Of a stretch of 64,000 nt of DNA, positions 29,436 to 39,247 are shown in pieces. A program made the translations under genes and the position numbers. The stretch is from Thermoanaerobaculia bacterium (GTDB taxonomy: Bacteria > Acidobacteriota > Thermoanaerobaculia > Multivoradales > Multivoraceae). Under the pieces are notes generated by a model. The model saw only the letters and a program-made list of their open reading frames with translations. It was not told where the DNA came from and did not search any database. Numbering within the stretch: the stretch's first letter is position 1; each line of letters starts with the position of its first letter. The DNA is taken from assembly GCA_963664405.1 (NCBI GenBank), contig OY761158.1, positions 5,856,001-5,920,000 on the forward strand. Direction: 5' to 3'.

Positions 29436-29951
29436 CTAGCTCAGGCCTTCTGCGTCTAGACCTTCAAAGAGCTCCTGCACGGCTTGGGCCGGGACCTCCT
29501 CATCGACCTCGAGGCTCAGAGAGATGCGCCCTTCCGCGACGGCCCCGTCGGCGGCCGAAGCTGAGTGGCGTCGCGGCAGGCGGCACTCCCAGATCACCGC
29601 CAGAGTGGTGGCGAGAACCGCTCCCAGAGCGATCCCTTCGTAGGTGATGATGCCGACCGGCGGAGCTGCCACGATCGGCATATGGCCGGTGATGAGGGGG
29701 TACGCCTTGGCGGTGAGGGTGGCGATCAAGAAGGCCGCAAGACCGCCGAGGGCGCCACCCATGATCCCCATCAGAGGCACTCGTGAGGCGCGGGTCGCGA
29801 CCAGCCCATTGAGCTCTTCGGACAGTGGCGCACTCGAACGAATCTCGAGGATGCGCACCTTGGAGTCCTGCTTCTCGAGCCGCTCGAGAGCGACTCGTAG
29901 TGCGGCCTCATCGTTGAAGACGGTGGTCACGGCTCCCGCGGTCAGGCTCAT
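29436..29951 (-). CDS. actD: Alternative complex III subunit ActD-like (DUF3341)
   Basis: Two TM helices flanking [17 protein letters not shown]; ATGA overlap with actC stop. Confidence 0.75.
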   Translation of the reverse strand: MSLTAGAVTTVFNDEAALRVALERLEKQDSKVRILEIRSSAPLSEELNGLVATRASRVPLMGIMGGALGGLAAFLIATLTAKAYPLITGHMPIVAAPPVGIITYEGIALGAVLATTLAVIWECRLPRRHSASAADGAVAEGRISLSLEVDEEVPAQAVQELFEGLDAEGLS

Positions 29952-31342
29952 GTCGTGGTTCCCCCCAGCGCCGAGGACGGTACTCCTCGCCGCGCGTTGC
30001 TGTTCTCGGGCTGCGCGTCGCTTCCTCCTCCCGATGGGTGGTGGCGACCCTCGCGGATCTCCCACATCGAGATGATCGGCGCACTCTGGACGAATGCGAA
30101 ATAGAAGAAGATGAAGAGACCCACCGAGCCGATGAGTACAGAGATCTCCACCCAACTCGGCGAGTAGTGCCCGAGGGTATAGGCCAGGCGCGGGGTCTTC
30201 AGCGAAGGCACGATGATCAGGAAGCGCTCGAGCCACATTCCCACCAGTACGCCGCAACCGACGATCGCGGTTGGCAGAGGCTTGCGTCCCCAGCGGAAGG
30301 GAAGCACGAGCATCGGCACGATGAAGTTGAGAACGACCATGGTCCAGAAGAGCACGGCGGCCTCACCGAGGAACCTGTCCCATAGAACTCGGGCCTCGGC
30401 GGTTTCGTTGGCGTACCACACTGTGATGTGCTCGGCGAAAGTGAAGTAGCCCCAGGCCAGGGTCATTACCAGGAAGATGAGACCGAGGTTGTTGAAGACC
30501 TGGTCACTCAGGTAGTCGCCGAGTTTCATTCCGCGGCGCAAGAGCGCCATCGCTACCATCAACACGGCTACACCCGAGTAGATCGCCCCGACCACGAAGT
30601 AGGGGCCGAAGATCGTCGAGGTCCACATCGGCACCGTGGTCATGGCGAAGTCCCATGAAACGATGGTGTGGACCGAGATGGCGAGCGGGATGATGATGAT
30701 CGCCATCGCCTTGATGCCCGCTTCGAGCGAACGCCACTGTTGGGGCGTACCGCGCCAGCCCAGGGCCAGAAGACCGTAGATGTGTCGGCGCCAGCCCTTC
30801 GACTGATCGCGCAGGATGGCCATGTCGGGCATCAGCGGCAGGAAGAGGTAGAGGCAGCTGCCGAGAAGATACGCGGTGATCGCTGCCGCGTCCCACATCA
30901 GCGGCGATCGAAAGTTCGGCCACAGGCCGCGGTGGTTGGGCAGCGGGAACATGTAGTAGACCTTCCAGGCCCGTCCCATGTGCAGAATCGGGAAGATGCC
31001 GCCGACCGACAGAGCAAACACCGTTATCGCTTCGGCACAGCGAGTGACGGGGCGGCGCCACTCGGCTCCAGTGACACGCAGGATTGCGGAGATCAGGGTT
31101 CCGGCGTGGCTGATGCCGATCCAGAAAACGAAAGTGGTGATGTAGACGCCCCAAAAGACCGGGCGGTTGATGCCAGCGACTCCGATGCCGTCACGAAGCT
31201 GGATGCCCCAGGCGTAGAAGAGAAGTAGAGCCAGCGAGCCCGCAAGCGCGGTGCCGACCAAGAGACCGGGTCGGAGGCGGTCGAGGGCCAATCGCCTGAG
31301 CAATCTGGCGTCTTGCTCCGCTGCGGCGCTACGGTCCATCAC
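29948..31342 (-). CDS. actC: NrfD/PsrC-family membrane subunit (ActC-like)
   Basis: WGVYITTFVFWIGISHAGTLISAIL, WPNFRSPLMWD, ISVHTIVSWDFA, FGPYFVVGAIYSG. Confidence 0.9.
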   Translation of the reverse strand: MMDRSAAAEQDARLLRRLALDRLRPGLLVGTALAGSLALLLFYAWGIQLRDGIGVAGINRPVFWGVYITTFVFWIGISHAGTLISAILRVTGAEWRRPVTRCAEAITVFALSVGGIFPILHMGRAWKVYYMFPLPNHRGLWPNFRSPLMWDAAAITAYLLGSCLYLFLPLMPDMAILRDQSKGWRRHIYGLLALGWRGTPQQWRSLEAGIKAMAIIIIPLAISVHTIVSWDFAMTTVPMWTSTIFGPYFVVGAIYSGVAVLMVAMALLRRGMKLGDYLSDQVFNNLGLIFLVMTLAWGYFTFAEHITVWYANETAEARVLWDRFLGEAAVLFWTMVVLNFIVPMLVLPFRWGRKPLPTAIVGCGVLVGMWLERFLIIVPSLKTPRLAYTLGHYSPSWVEISVLIGSVGLFIFFYFAFVQSAPIISMWEIREGRHHPSGGGSDAQPENSNARRGVPSSALGGTTT

Positions 31343-32051
31343 TATCTTCTTCCTCGGGCGGCGGTGTCCAATCTCTGCCTTCGAGATAGATGACTCCGGG
31401 TAGCGTGCCGAGATCGCCGAGAAGGTGGCTCGCTCGCGCGCCCTCGGCCAATTTGGAGACCCGACTCTCCGGGTCTTCGAGGTCGCCGAAGTTGAACACC
31501 TCTGCGGCGCAGGCGGACGCGCAGGCGGGTCGAATCTCTCCGTCCCTCAGCTCGCGATCCTCGGCGTCGGCTTGGCGCTGTTTGTCCTGGATCCGCTGCA
31601 CGCAGAAAGTGCACTTTTCCATGATCCCGTCGGTGCGAGGGCTGACGTCCGGATTGAGCTGCTGTTCGAGAGGCTCCGGCCACTCGGGGTCGAACCAGTT
31701 GAAGAAACGCACGGTGTAGGGACAGTTGTTGGCACAGTATCGAGTGCCGACGCAGCGGCTATAGACCATTGCGTTGAGGCCCTCGTCGGTATGGTAGGTC
31801 GCGTAGACCGGGCAGACAGGCTCGCATGGCGCCTCGCCGCACTGCTGACACATCACTGGGCGGAAGCGCACTTTGGCGTGTGGAAAGTGTCCTTCCACAT
31901 AGCGCTCGATCCGCAGCCAGTGCATGGCCCGCCCCTTCTTCGCCTCCTCCTCGCCCACCGTCTGGATGTTGTTCTCCTCGTGGCAGGCCACGACGCAGGC
32001 TTCGCAGCCGGTACAGCGGTCGGTGTCGATGGTCATTGCCCAGCGGGTCAT
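31329..32051 (-). CDS. 4Fe-4S dicluster subunit (ActB2/NrfC-like)
   Basis: CTGCEACVVAC, CQQCGEAPCEPVCP, CVGTRYCANNCP, MEKCTFCVQR, PACASAC; start at MTRWAMTID. Confidence 0.92.
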   Translation of the reverse strand: MTRWAMTIDTDRCTGCEACVVACHEENNIQTVGEEEAKKGRAMHWLRIERYVEGHFPHAKVRFRPVMCQQCGEAPCEPVCPVYATYHTDEGLNAMVYSRCVGTRYCANNCPYTVRFFNWFDPEWPEPLEQQLNPDVSPRTDGIMEKCTFCVQRIQDKQRQADAEDRELRDGEIRPACASACAAEVFNFGDLEDPESRVSKLAEGARASHLLGDLGTLPGVIYLEGRDWTPPPEEEDSDGP

Positions 32052-33905
32052 ACCTTCTCCTCGTGGCTGGCCATGGGAGCCCAGCCGGTAGGGATCTCTT
32101 CCGCCTCTCGCAGCCCGCGACCGAAGAGTGCGAGCTCGCCGGGGCCGAGGCGCTCGACCAGGACCCGAATTCCGCTCACCACCGGCTGGCGAGTTCCCTC
32201 GATGTCGCTCGCAGCGACCAGGTCGAGTGGATTGGCACCCCGTCCCTTGGCGTAGCGGCAAAAGTCCGCGTGACCCATTCCCAGAGGAACGGCGACCGTA
32301 CCGGGCCGCGCCTCGGGGCGAAGAATAGCGGGGATCTGGATCGAGCCGTGGTCCGAGCTGAGGGAAAGAAGATCTCCGCTTCTGATGCCGAGCCGCTCCG
32401 CGTCTGCTGTGGCAAGCTCTGCCCATCCGTCCCACATCACTGTTGTGAGAGTGTCGGGGAGCTCCTGCAGCCACGGTCGATTGGCGCCTCGGCCATCGCC
32501 ATACTTGGGTGATTCGAAGGGGAGAAGGGTGAGCTCGTTACCGCGGCCGGGTGGGCGAGGCTTGGCCGGCGTCGGAGCTTCGAAGGCCGTTGTAGGAGGC
32601 ACAGTCTGGCCGGTCGGTGGCGAGTCTCCCCAGATACCGCCTCGCTCGACCGCCTTGGCCCAAACAGGGTCGAAGCCTCTGGCCGTGAGCTCGTCTTGCC
32701 GTGCGTCCAGGGCGCTCTTTACGGCGTCCGAGTAGCTCTCCCAGGGCAGAGCCTCCTCGTGTCCGAGCGCCGTGCCCAGAGCGAGGATGATGTCGCCGGG
32801 GTGACGGGCGGCCCCTCGAGCTCGAACTGCCGGGTGGGCGAGGCTGAGAGTCGCGATCGGCAGCCCGACAGGCTCGGCGGCGCGAAAGCGCTCTACGTCG
32901 ACCTGGGTTGGCAGGATGAGATCGGCCTCGAGCGCTGTATCGTCGAGGAAGGCAGTGAGTGCGATCACGTGCTCCCACTCCGGCGAGGGCCTGCCTCCAG
33001 CCTCTGGCCTTCGGCACCGAGTGGAGCGGATCGGCCTCGCAGACCAGCACTACCTCGGGTATGGCCCCGGCCTTGCCCAGGAGCCGCTGGTCAAAGTCGG
33101 CGGCCGAGCCAAGCTCGCCGCCGGCAGGTGTGAGAACCGCGCCGAGGCCGGTGGAGGCGGAGGGGAAGACGCCGCCGGTACGCTCCACCGCGCCCACGAG
33201 CCAGTTCAGGGCCAGAGCCGAGGTGGTGTCGAAGAGGCCACTGGAACCGAGCGCCGCGGTACCTCCGGCAAGAACCACGGCGCGGTCGGCGCTCGCAAGC
33301 TCGGTCGCGATACGGCGGATCGTAGAAGCGGGTAGATCACAGAGCTGCGCCGCCTCTTCCAGCGGCGGTCCGGGCTCTGGAAAGAGCGCGCGATAGGCGT
33401 CCTGGTGCTCGCCAACCCCGGCGTCGCTCTCGAGCAGAAGATCGCCGATGGCCCGTGCCAAGGTGCCTTCCTGGCCAGGGCTCACCGGCAGCCACTCGTC
33501 GGCGAAAGCCGCCGTCAAGGACATCCGGGCCTCGGCCTGGACCAGCTTGCCCCGGCGGCCGGGGATCGCTCCTCTCAGCTGACCCATCGCCCAAGTTCCG
33601 TGAGCCGGCTGGTGCCAGCGGTCGAGGAAAGCGGGGCCGATCGAGAGTACGTAGTCGGCTCGAGCCAGATCATAGGCGGGAAGAGAGTGGGTGCCGAGGA
33701 CGATCTCTGCGGCTCGGCGCTCCACCTCGGCGGCGAGGGGCGCGATTCGCGAGGGTGGCGGCGCACTCAGCGCAGCAGCGAGACGAGAGAGCAGAGCCTC
33801 GATCAGACTTTCGCCGCTGCCTTCGACGAAAGCGATCGCGCCTGGGTCTTTCGCGGCGGCTCTTCGGCGCACCCGGCCAACATTACGCCCACCAGTGCCG
33901 GCCAC
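32048..33905 (-). pseudogene. Molybdopterin-oxidoreductase-like subunit (ActB1), 5'-truncated and frameshifted at 32974-32976
   Basis: EARMSLTAAFADEWLP..PG, FLDDTALEADLILP, ANRPWLQELPD. One extra G separates ORFs 32538-33905 and 32048-32968; no Tat leader or N-terminal region. Confidence 0.8.
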
Positions 33906-33979
33906 CTGCAGGCGGTGGCGATGCCGACCAGCCGGGAACGACGCCGGGAGCGTTGAGGACCGTGTATTCTGCCCTGGTG

Positions 33980-34633
33980 ATGCCGATCACGCGCGACGAC
34001 CTCATGGACCGCTACAGCAGCCGAACCGGGAGAATCTGGAGTCGAGTCGAGTCTGAGCGGCCGACGAGCTACTGGGAGCAGAATAGGGTCGGGGGCCGAA
34101 GGCTCGCTCGGCGCCTGATCGACCGCTGGCTCGACCCCGTTGCCGAGCAATATGTCCTCGATGCCGGCTGCGGGTTGGGCCGCGTCGCGGAACATCTGGC
34201 CGGCCGCGGCGCCAGAGTGGTGGGACTGGACCTCCTGCCGCGCTTCAATCGGCGGCACTCCGTGCCGCGTCTCAGCTTCGTCGAGGGGGACATCAAGAGT
34301 TGCTGTTGCCCCAGCGGGACCTTCACTGTGGCCCTTCTGCAGGAGGTGCTGGAGGACTACTCGCCGCCCGAGCGGCTCTCTGTTTTCAAGGGGCTGACGG
34401 AATGGGGAATGAAGCGCATCATCCTGGTGACTCGTACTACGAGCCCCTGGGGCCGATGGGCCGAGCGCTTGGCTGCGCCCGAGGAGGCCGAGGCGGTGGA
34501 TACGGTCGAGCTCTATCGCGAGATTCACCTCTCGACGTCGTACTTCCTGACTCGCCGAGAGAAAGTGCGTCGTCGCAACTACGAGGTCGAGATTGCCGAA
34601 TTTAAGCTCTCGCTCCACGGAGCGGAAGTTTAG
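33980..34633 (+). CDS. Class I SAM-dependent methyltransferase
   Basis: VLDAGCGLGR, VVGLD, FVEGDI. Confidence 0.85.
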   Translation: MPITRDDLMDRYSSRTGRIWSRVESERPTSYWEQNRVGGRRLARRLIDRWLDPVAEQYVLDAGCGLGRVAEHLAGRGARVVGLDLLPRFNRRHSVPRLSFVEGDIKSCCCPSGTFTVALLQEVLEDYSPPERLSVFKGLTEWGMKRIILVTRTTSPWGRWAERLAAPEEAEAVDTVELYREIHLSTSYFLTRREKVRRRNYEVEIAEFKLSLHGAEV

Positions 34634-34663
34634 TTCAATTTCGCGTCGGCGCGGATGGCGGTG

Positions 34664-36019
34664 CTAAAGGCTGTCGACCAAGGTGTCGATCGCGGTCTGA
34701 GGATCCTGTCCTGCGCCCAAGGGCAGGCGTTTCTCGTCGCTCCAGGCGTCGCCTAGGCTCTGGCGGAAGTAGATGGCGCCGTTCTCTTCTCGGGTGAGGA
34801 CAGCCTTGGTCCCATCGCGCGAGACATGAATATTCGTCGAGCCGAAGCCCAGCGCCGGCAGGCTGAGGTCGGAGATCACGCAGATCTCCATGTAGTGGGC
34901 AGTGGGAAGGGCCTGCCGCATGGCTCCTGGACCGACAGCCAGGATGCCGCAGTGGGTCGGAACGGCGGTGAACGCCTGACCTAGAAGGGTAGCGCCCTCG
35001 GCGATCAGATGCCATCGGAGGGCGTTGCCGAGCACTTCGAGAGAGTCGAAGTCGTTCGCGTAAGCCCGAATGAAAACGTAGGCGCTGCGGGCCAGGTAGC
35101 TCCTGGTTGCGTCGTGTAGCTGTACGTCGAGCTGGTTTAGAAAAGTGCGCACCTCGGCCGCCAATGCCGTCTTCTGGCGCCGCACGCCGACTCCGACGAG
35201 GTGATTGCGAGCTTCATCAGCCAAGGTGATCAACGCCGGAGGCAGAATGCGGCTACGCGCGCTGACAAGATGGCTGGTCGACGGGCTCGCAAAGGCGATA
35301 ATTGCCGAACCGTCGTCGACTCCTCGTCGCAGTCTTGGTGCGCCGAAGATCGAGAGATTTTCGGGCAGGGCTGATCCTCCGGCATCGTGAAGGTCGAGCG
35401 AATCGAGGGTCAAGATCGGACTCCAACCGATGTAACGGCCGCGAAAGAGAACCAGCGGGGAGTAGTAGCTTCGAGCCGCACCCGTGCTCTCTGCCTCCGA
35501 CCATAGGAGGTGCAGCACCGTGCGGTGCTCCGACTCGCGAAGAAGAGTGACGGCGGGGGGGCCGTCGAGGTTGAGCTCTTTCGAGCCGATGCGGGTCGTT
35601 TCGTGCCAGATACCATCGATGAGAGTTGCGAGCCACAGCGAGGATCTTCCGGTTGCGGTGCGAGAGCGCCACAGTAGAAAGAGGCTCGAGGATTGCGGGT
35701 CGATGATCAGGGTTGGATCGAGGTCGAGGGCCGAGGCTTCAGTGCCGGGAACGAGAAGCCGCTCGCTGGCGCCGCCGGGCTGAGTCATGTCGAGGGCCAG
35801 GGCGGGGAAGGAGCCGGTTGCCGAAGAAGCTCCGTTGCGGGGGAAGAGGACTTCGAGGGTTCCGGGGACCACTTCGTAGAGCACTCCCGAAGCGTCGTGG
35901 GCACGAGCCAAGTCGCTTGCGCCTGCCCCTGTTGCGGCCAGCAGCGCGATAACACCGATCGCCAGTAGGGCCGACACGCGGCGCCTCATCCGAGACCTCA
36001 GCAGTGTATGGCGCGCCAT
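34664..36019 (-). CDS. Secreted hypothetical protein
   Basis: Signal peptide (RRRVSALLAIGVIALLAATGAGA), GC-rich codon pattern, starts 1 bp after the TPR gene stop. Confidence 0.75.
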   Translation of the reverse strand: MARHTLLRSRMRRRVSALLAIGVIALLAATGAGASDLARAHDASGVLYEVVPGTLEVLFPRNGASSATGSFPALALDMTQPGGASERLLVPGTEASALDLDPTLIIDPQSSSLFLLWRSRTATGRSSLWLATLIDGIWHETTRIGSKELNLDGPPAVTLLRESEHRTVLHLLWSEAESTGAARSYYSPLVLFRGRYIGWSPILTLDSLDLHDAGGSALPENLSIFGAPRLRRGVDDGSAIIAFASPSTSHLVSARSRILPPALITLADEARNHLVGVGVRRQKTALAAEVRTFLNQLDVQLHDATRSYLARSAYVFIRAYANDFDSLEVLGNALRWHLIAEGATLLGQAFTAVPTHCGILAVGPGAMRQALPTAHYMEICVISDLSLPALGFGSTNIHVSRDGTKAVLTREENGAIYFRQSLGDAWSDEKRLPLGAGQDPQTAIDTLVDSL

Positions 36020-36020
36020 G

Positions 36021-36938
36021 TCAGACCTTGAGATGGAGCATTTTGCGTACATCGATGGCGAGCAGAAAGTCGGGGATCTGCAGGTTGTCGGGGTAGAAAG
36101 CCTCCTGCAGCTCAGAGAAGAACGCTCGCGCGCTCTTCGGGTCGCCCTCGAGGTTGTTGGCTTGGCCGAGCAGATAGAGGGAGTTCTTGATAGAGGTGTC
36201 GTCGCCGCCGTCCCGGGCTTCGGCCAGTGCCTTGGTTGCCTGTCGAATCGCATGATCGTTCCGACCGATTTCGAGGTAGGCGTAGCAAAGGCTGAGGCGC
36301 GGGCGCGGGCGGAGGCTCTCTTCACCAAGGTAGCTCAAGGAGCGTAGCGACTCATAGAGGAGAGTAAATCCCGCTTCGATCTCGCCGAGGACGACTTTGG
36401 TGTAGCCGAGATTATCCAGCACCAGGGCACGGTCGATGCTGCGCCCAACGTCCATCAGCTCGAGGGCTTGCTCGTACTCCTCGCCTGCCTGCTCGAAGCT
36501 GCTCTTGACCAGGTAGAGGTTGCCGAAGAGGTTGTGGGTCATCGCCAGGCAGTCCTCACGTTCGGTCTGGCTGGCCCATTTACGGGCGACTTCGGCGTAG
36601 AAATGGGCTTTGTCGAAGGTGGATTCGAGGTCGTAACAGCGAGCGGTATTGTAAGCGGCGAAGAAGCAGGTTTCGGACTCGTGGCTACGAAGCAAAATAC
36701 GTTGGAGCAGGGCTGCCTGCCCCTGGATTGAGCCGAGCTCCATCTCTACCGCGATGCGGAAAACCGAAGCGCGATCGGCCAAAGCGGGCTCTTGGTGGTC
36801 GAGCGCCCAGCTTTCGGCGCTGGAGAAGGCCTCTCTCGCTTGCTCGAAGCGACCCGACTTGGAGTGCTCCACGCCAGCGCTGAGCGCGCGCTCGCCCGCG
36901 TTGTCCAGCACAGTTCCTTGCTCCTGCCCTGAGGTCAC
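36021..36938 (-). CDS. Tetratricopeptide repeat protein
   Basis: TPR patterns HNLFGNLY....FEQA...Y.QAL, LDNLGY....G...G, LYLLG......G...A. Confidence 0.85.
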   Translation of the reverse strand: MTSGQEQGTVLDNAGERALSAGVEHSKSGRFEQAREAFSSAESWALDHQEPALADRASVFRIAVEMELGSIQGQAALLQRILLRSHESETCFFAAYNTARCYDLESTFDKAHFYAEVARKWASQTEREDCLAMTHNLFGNLYLVKSSFEQAGEEYEQALELMDVGRSIDRALVLDNLGYTKVVLGEIEAGFTLLYESLRSLSYLGEESLRPRPRLSLCYAYLEIGRNDHAIRQATKALAEARDGGDDTSIKNSLYLLGQANNLEGDPKSARAFFSELQEAFYPDNLQIPDFLLAIDVRKMLHLKV

Positions 36939-36949
36939 GGGTAGGAGAG

Positions 36950-37315
36950 CTAATGCTTGTCGCCGGGTCCCTTACGAGAAGGGTGGCGTCGCTTGAACTG
37001 AATGAAGTCCCGCACCTGCTCCTGCTCGCCGCCGTCCAGTGAGCGGAAATCTCGGACCAGCTGCACGTCTTGGGGAGTGAAGCTGGCGCGGGCCAACTCG
37101 TCGAAGAACTCGCCGATCGAGGTGTCGAACTCGGCCAGGATCATGAAGAGCGTGTCCAGACTGACACGGTACTCACCTTTCTCCATACGAGAAAGATCAG
37201 ATTGCTGGATCCCGATACGGGATGCCAGCTCATTCTGAGTGAGCTTTCGCTCCTTGCGCATGCGTCGGATCTTGCGTCCGACAAGCTCGACCTGTCGTAT
37301 GGGACGTCTCTCCAT
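36950..37315 (-). CDS. XRE-family helix-turn-helix transcriptional regulator
   Basis: VGRKIRRMRKERKLTQNELASRIGIQQSDLSRMEKG. Confidence 0.95.
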   Translation of the reverse strand: MERRPIRQVELVGRKIRRMRKERKLTQNELASRIGIQQSDLSRMEKGEYRVSLDTLFMILAEFDTSIGEFFDELARASFTPQDVQLVRDFRSLDGGEQEQVRDFIQFKRRHPSRKGPGDKH

Positions 37316-37332
37316 CGCTATCTAACCGCTTG

Positions 37333-37369
37333 CCCCTTTCATGCTACAGCAGCATCAAGGGGGTGTCAA
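37333..37369 (-). promoter_or_regulatory. Sigma70 promoter of the XRE-TPR operon with overlapping inverted repeat
   Basis: Minus strand TTGACA (37369-37364)-N17-TAGCAT (37346-37341); palindrome CCCCTT-TC-ATGCT-N5-AGCAT-C-AAGGGG spans 37333-37362. Confidence 0.75.
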
Positions 37370-37387
37370 AGAAGCGCAGCGCGGTGC

Positions 37388-38353
37388 TCAGCAGGCGATC
37401 CGGTGTGGGAGTACGCTCCGTTCCAGCTTGTTGGCGAAGGTGTCGAGGTGGCGGGATGGCCGACCGAAAAAATAGCCCTGGGCGTAGTCGACACCGCAGT
37501 CTTGGACAAGGTCGGCACATCGCCGGTCCTGCACCATCTCTGCAATAGTCTCGACTCCCAGATTGGCGCAGAGGCCGACGACCGCCTCGAGAAATGCGCG
37601 ATTGCGCTTGGTAGCCATCGCGCTTCGAATGTACCCGCCGTCGATCTTGACGATATCGACCTCTAGAGCGTGGAGATACTTCAGAGCAGAAGCCCCGGCC
37701 CCGAAGTCATCCAGACACACCTGGTGGCCTGCGTCGCGGAGTCCCTGGATCACTTCATTGGCCTGTGCCAAATCCCGTATCGCTGCCGACTCGGTGATCT
37801 CGAACATGAGCTGGGAGCTGATGGCGGGATGTCGACCGAGCAACTGGTGCAGCGCTTCGACGAAGGCGGGGTTGCCGAGAGAGAGCCCCGACAGGTTGGC
37901 CGCGAGGGTCGGGTGGGTGCCCGATCGGTTGGCGTCCTCCAGCGCAGCAAGCACTCGACGGCACATCGCCAGGTCGAAGTCGAAGATGAGGCCCGTCCTT
38001 TCGGCGAAGGTGATCATCTCGTAGGGCGAGTGGATGACATCCGTCTCGAAGCGCGCCAGGGCTTCGAAGTGGTGGATGTCTCTCGACGCGAGGTCGACGA
38101 TGGGTTGAAAGGCGATGTCGAAATCTTCTCGCGACACCACGTTGTGAAAGAAGGTCAACATCCCGGATGTGTCTCTAGCCGACCGCTCCAGCTCGAGCGA
38201 GAGGCTGTCGAAGCCCCTCTCAGTATGGCTCTCGCAGCCTCGATTGACGCTGCAGAGCATCAATTGGACTGAATCGGCCCCGCTCCCGTGGCTGTCGTAG
38301 GCGAGCCCCCTTGGTTCGGCGAGCTTGATGAAGCCTTCTACGCTGTTGGTCAT
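37388..38353 (-). CDS. EAL domain c-di-GMP phosphodiesterase
   Basis: FQPIV, EAL, EITES, LDDFGAG, VKID, QGYFFGRP. Confidence 0.92.
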   Translation of the reverse strand: MTNSVEGFIKLAEPRGLAYDSHGSGADSVQLMLCSVNRGCESHTERGFDSLSLELERSARDTSGMLTFFHNVVSREDFDIAFQPIVDLASRDIHHFEALARFETDVIHSPYEMITFAERTGLIFDFDLAMCRRVLAALEDANRSGTHPTLAANLSGLSLGNPAFVEALHQLLGRHPAISSQLMFEITESAAIRDLAQANEVIQGLRDAGHQVCLDDFGAGASALKYLHALEVDIVKIDGGYIRSAMATKRNRAFLEAVVGLCANLGVETIAEMVQDRRCADLVQDCGVDYAQGYFFGRPSRHLDTFANKLERSVLPHRIAC

Positions 38354-38449
38354 GCGGATCTCCTCGTCTGCTTAGATGCGAGAACCCGCCAGACCCTTCG
38401 AAGCCGGTTGCGGTGAACATCTTCGACAAACAACTGAAGTAGCCGACGA

Positions 38450-39247
38450 TCATCCTTGCAGGCCCTCGCAGTAGGGCCCTAGCCCGGGGCGCTCTTTGAC
38501 CTTTTCCCGGACCAGCCGCGAGGCGGCGGTACGAAGCTCTGTCTCGCGAGCGGGTGTGAGATCGCCTGTGATCACCCGCCAGCGTAGAAAGACGAAGTAG
38601 GTGTCGAGGGCGTCGCCGGCGCAGTAGTCGTCGATCTCGATTCCGCGGCCCTCCCGCCACAGGCGCTGAACGTCGCTACCGCTGACACCGACTTTGCCGG
38701 GGGTGCCGGCGAGCTTGGAGAGCAGGTTGAGCCCACCGGCGACGTGACGGCCGCGAGGGCCGCGGACCGCGTCGGCTAGGTCGAGATGAGCCAAACGGCC
38801 CTTCGGTCCCTTGCCGCCCCGCCGTCGGGTCAGCCAGTCTTTGAGTGGCAGACCCCAGCGAAAGGCGGCGAGCTCGAGCACAGGGAGATCGAAGCCCATG
38901 CCGTTGTAAGTGACCAGAGTCGGGTACTCGGATGCCCTCCAGCGCTCCCAGAATTGCTCGACGATGGCACGCGGTCGAAACTGCGGCCGATCGAGAGAGA
39001 CCAGATCCAGCAGCTCGCAGTCTGCGCTCACTTCCGCGATCGCCGCGGCCACCGGAAGGTGGTAGCTCGCCGGGATGAAGGTCGACCCGTTGCGCTCCAG
39101 TTGCTCACCCTCGAGCCTCGCGACCGCCGCTTCCGCGCTTAGATCGGTGTCACCCGGATAGCGAACACGTTGCACCAGGCTGCCGTCGACCGCGGTCTCG
39201 AGGTCGAAGACGAAGAACGCGGCCTTGGCCCCTGCACTCTTGCTCAC
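38450..39247 (-). CDS. 3'-5' exonuclease (PolB-related DEDD family)
   Basis: FDLET, LVTYNG.GFDLPVL, IDDYC..D..DTY. Confidence 0.85.
   Translation of the reverse strand: MSKSAGAKAAFFVFDLETAVDGSLVQRVRYPGDTDLSAEAAVARLEGEQLERNGSTFIPASYHLPVAAAIAEVSADCELLDLVSLDRPQFRPRAIVEQFWERWRASEYPTLVTYNGMGFDLPVLELAAFRWGLPLKDWLTRRRGGKGPKGRLAHLDLADAVRGPRGRHVAGGLNLLSKLAGTPGKVGVSGSDVQRLWREGRGIEIDDYCAGDALDTYFVFLRWRVITGDLTPARETELRTAASRLVREKVKERPGLGPYCEGLQG

Noticed and set aside
33860-33960. Lipobox-like LVGVMLAGC upstream of the truncated ActB1
   Set aside because: No suitable start codon or RBS in that frame; may be chance.
26783-38353. PilZ, hybrid kinase and EAL genes as one c-di-GMP module
   Set aside because: Not co-oriented or adjacent as a unit; such genes are common and dispersed.
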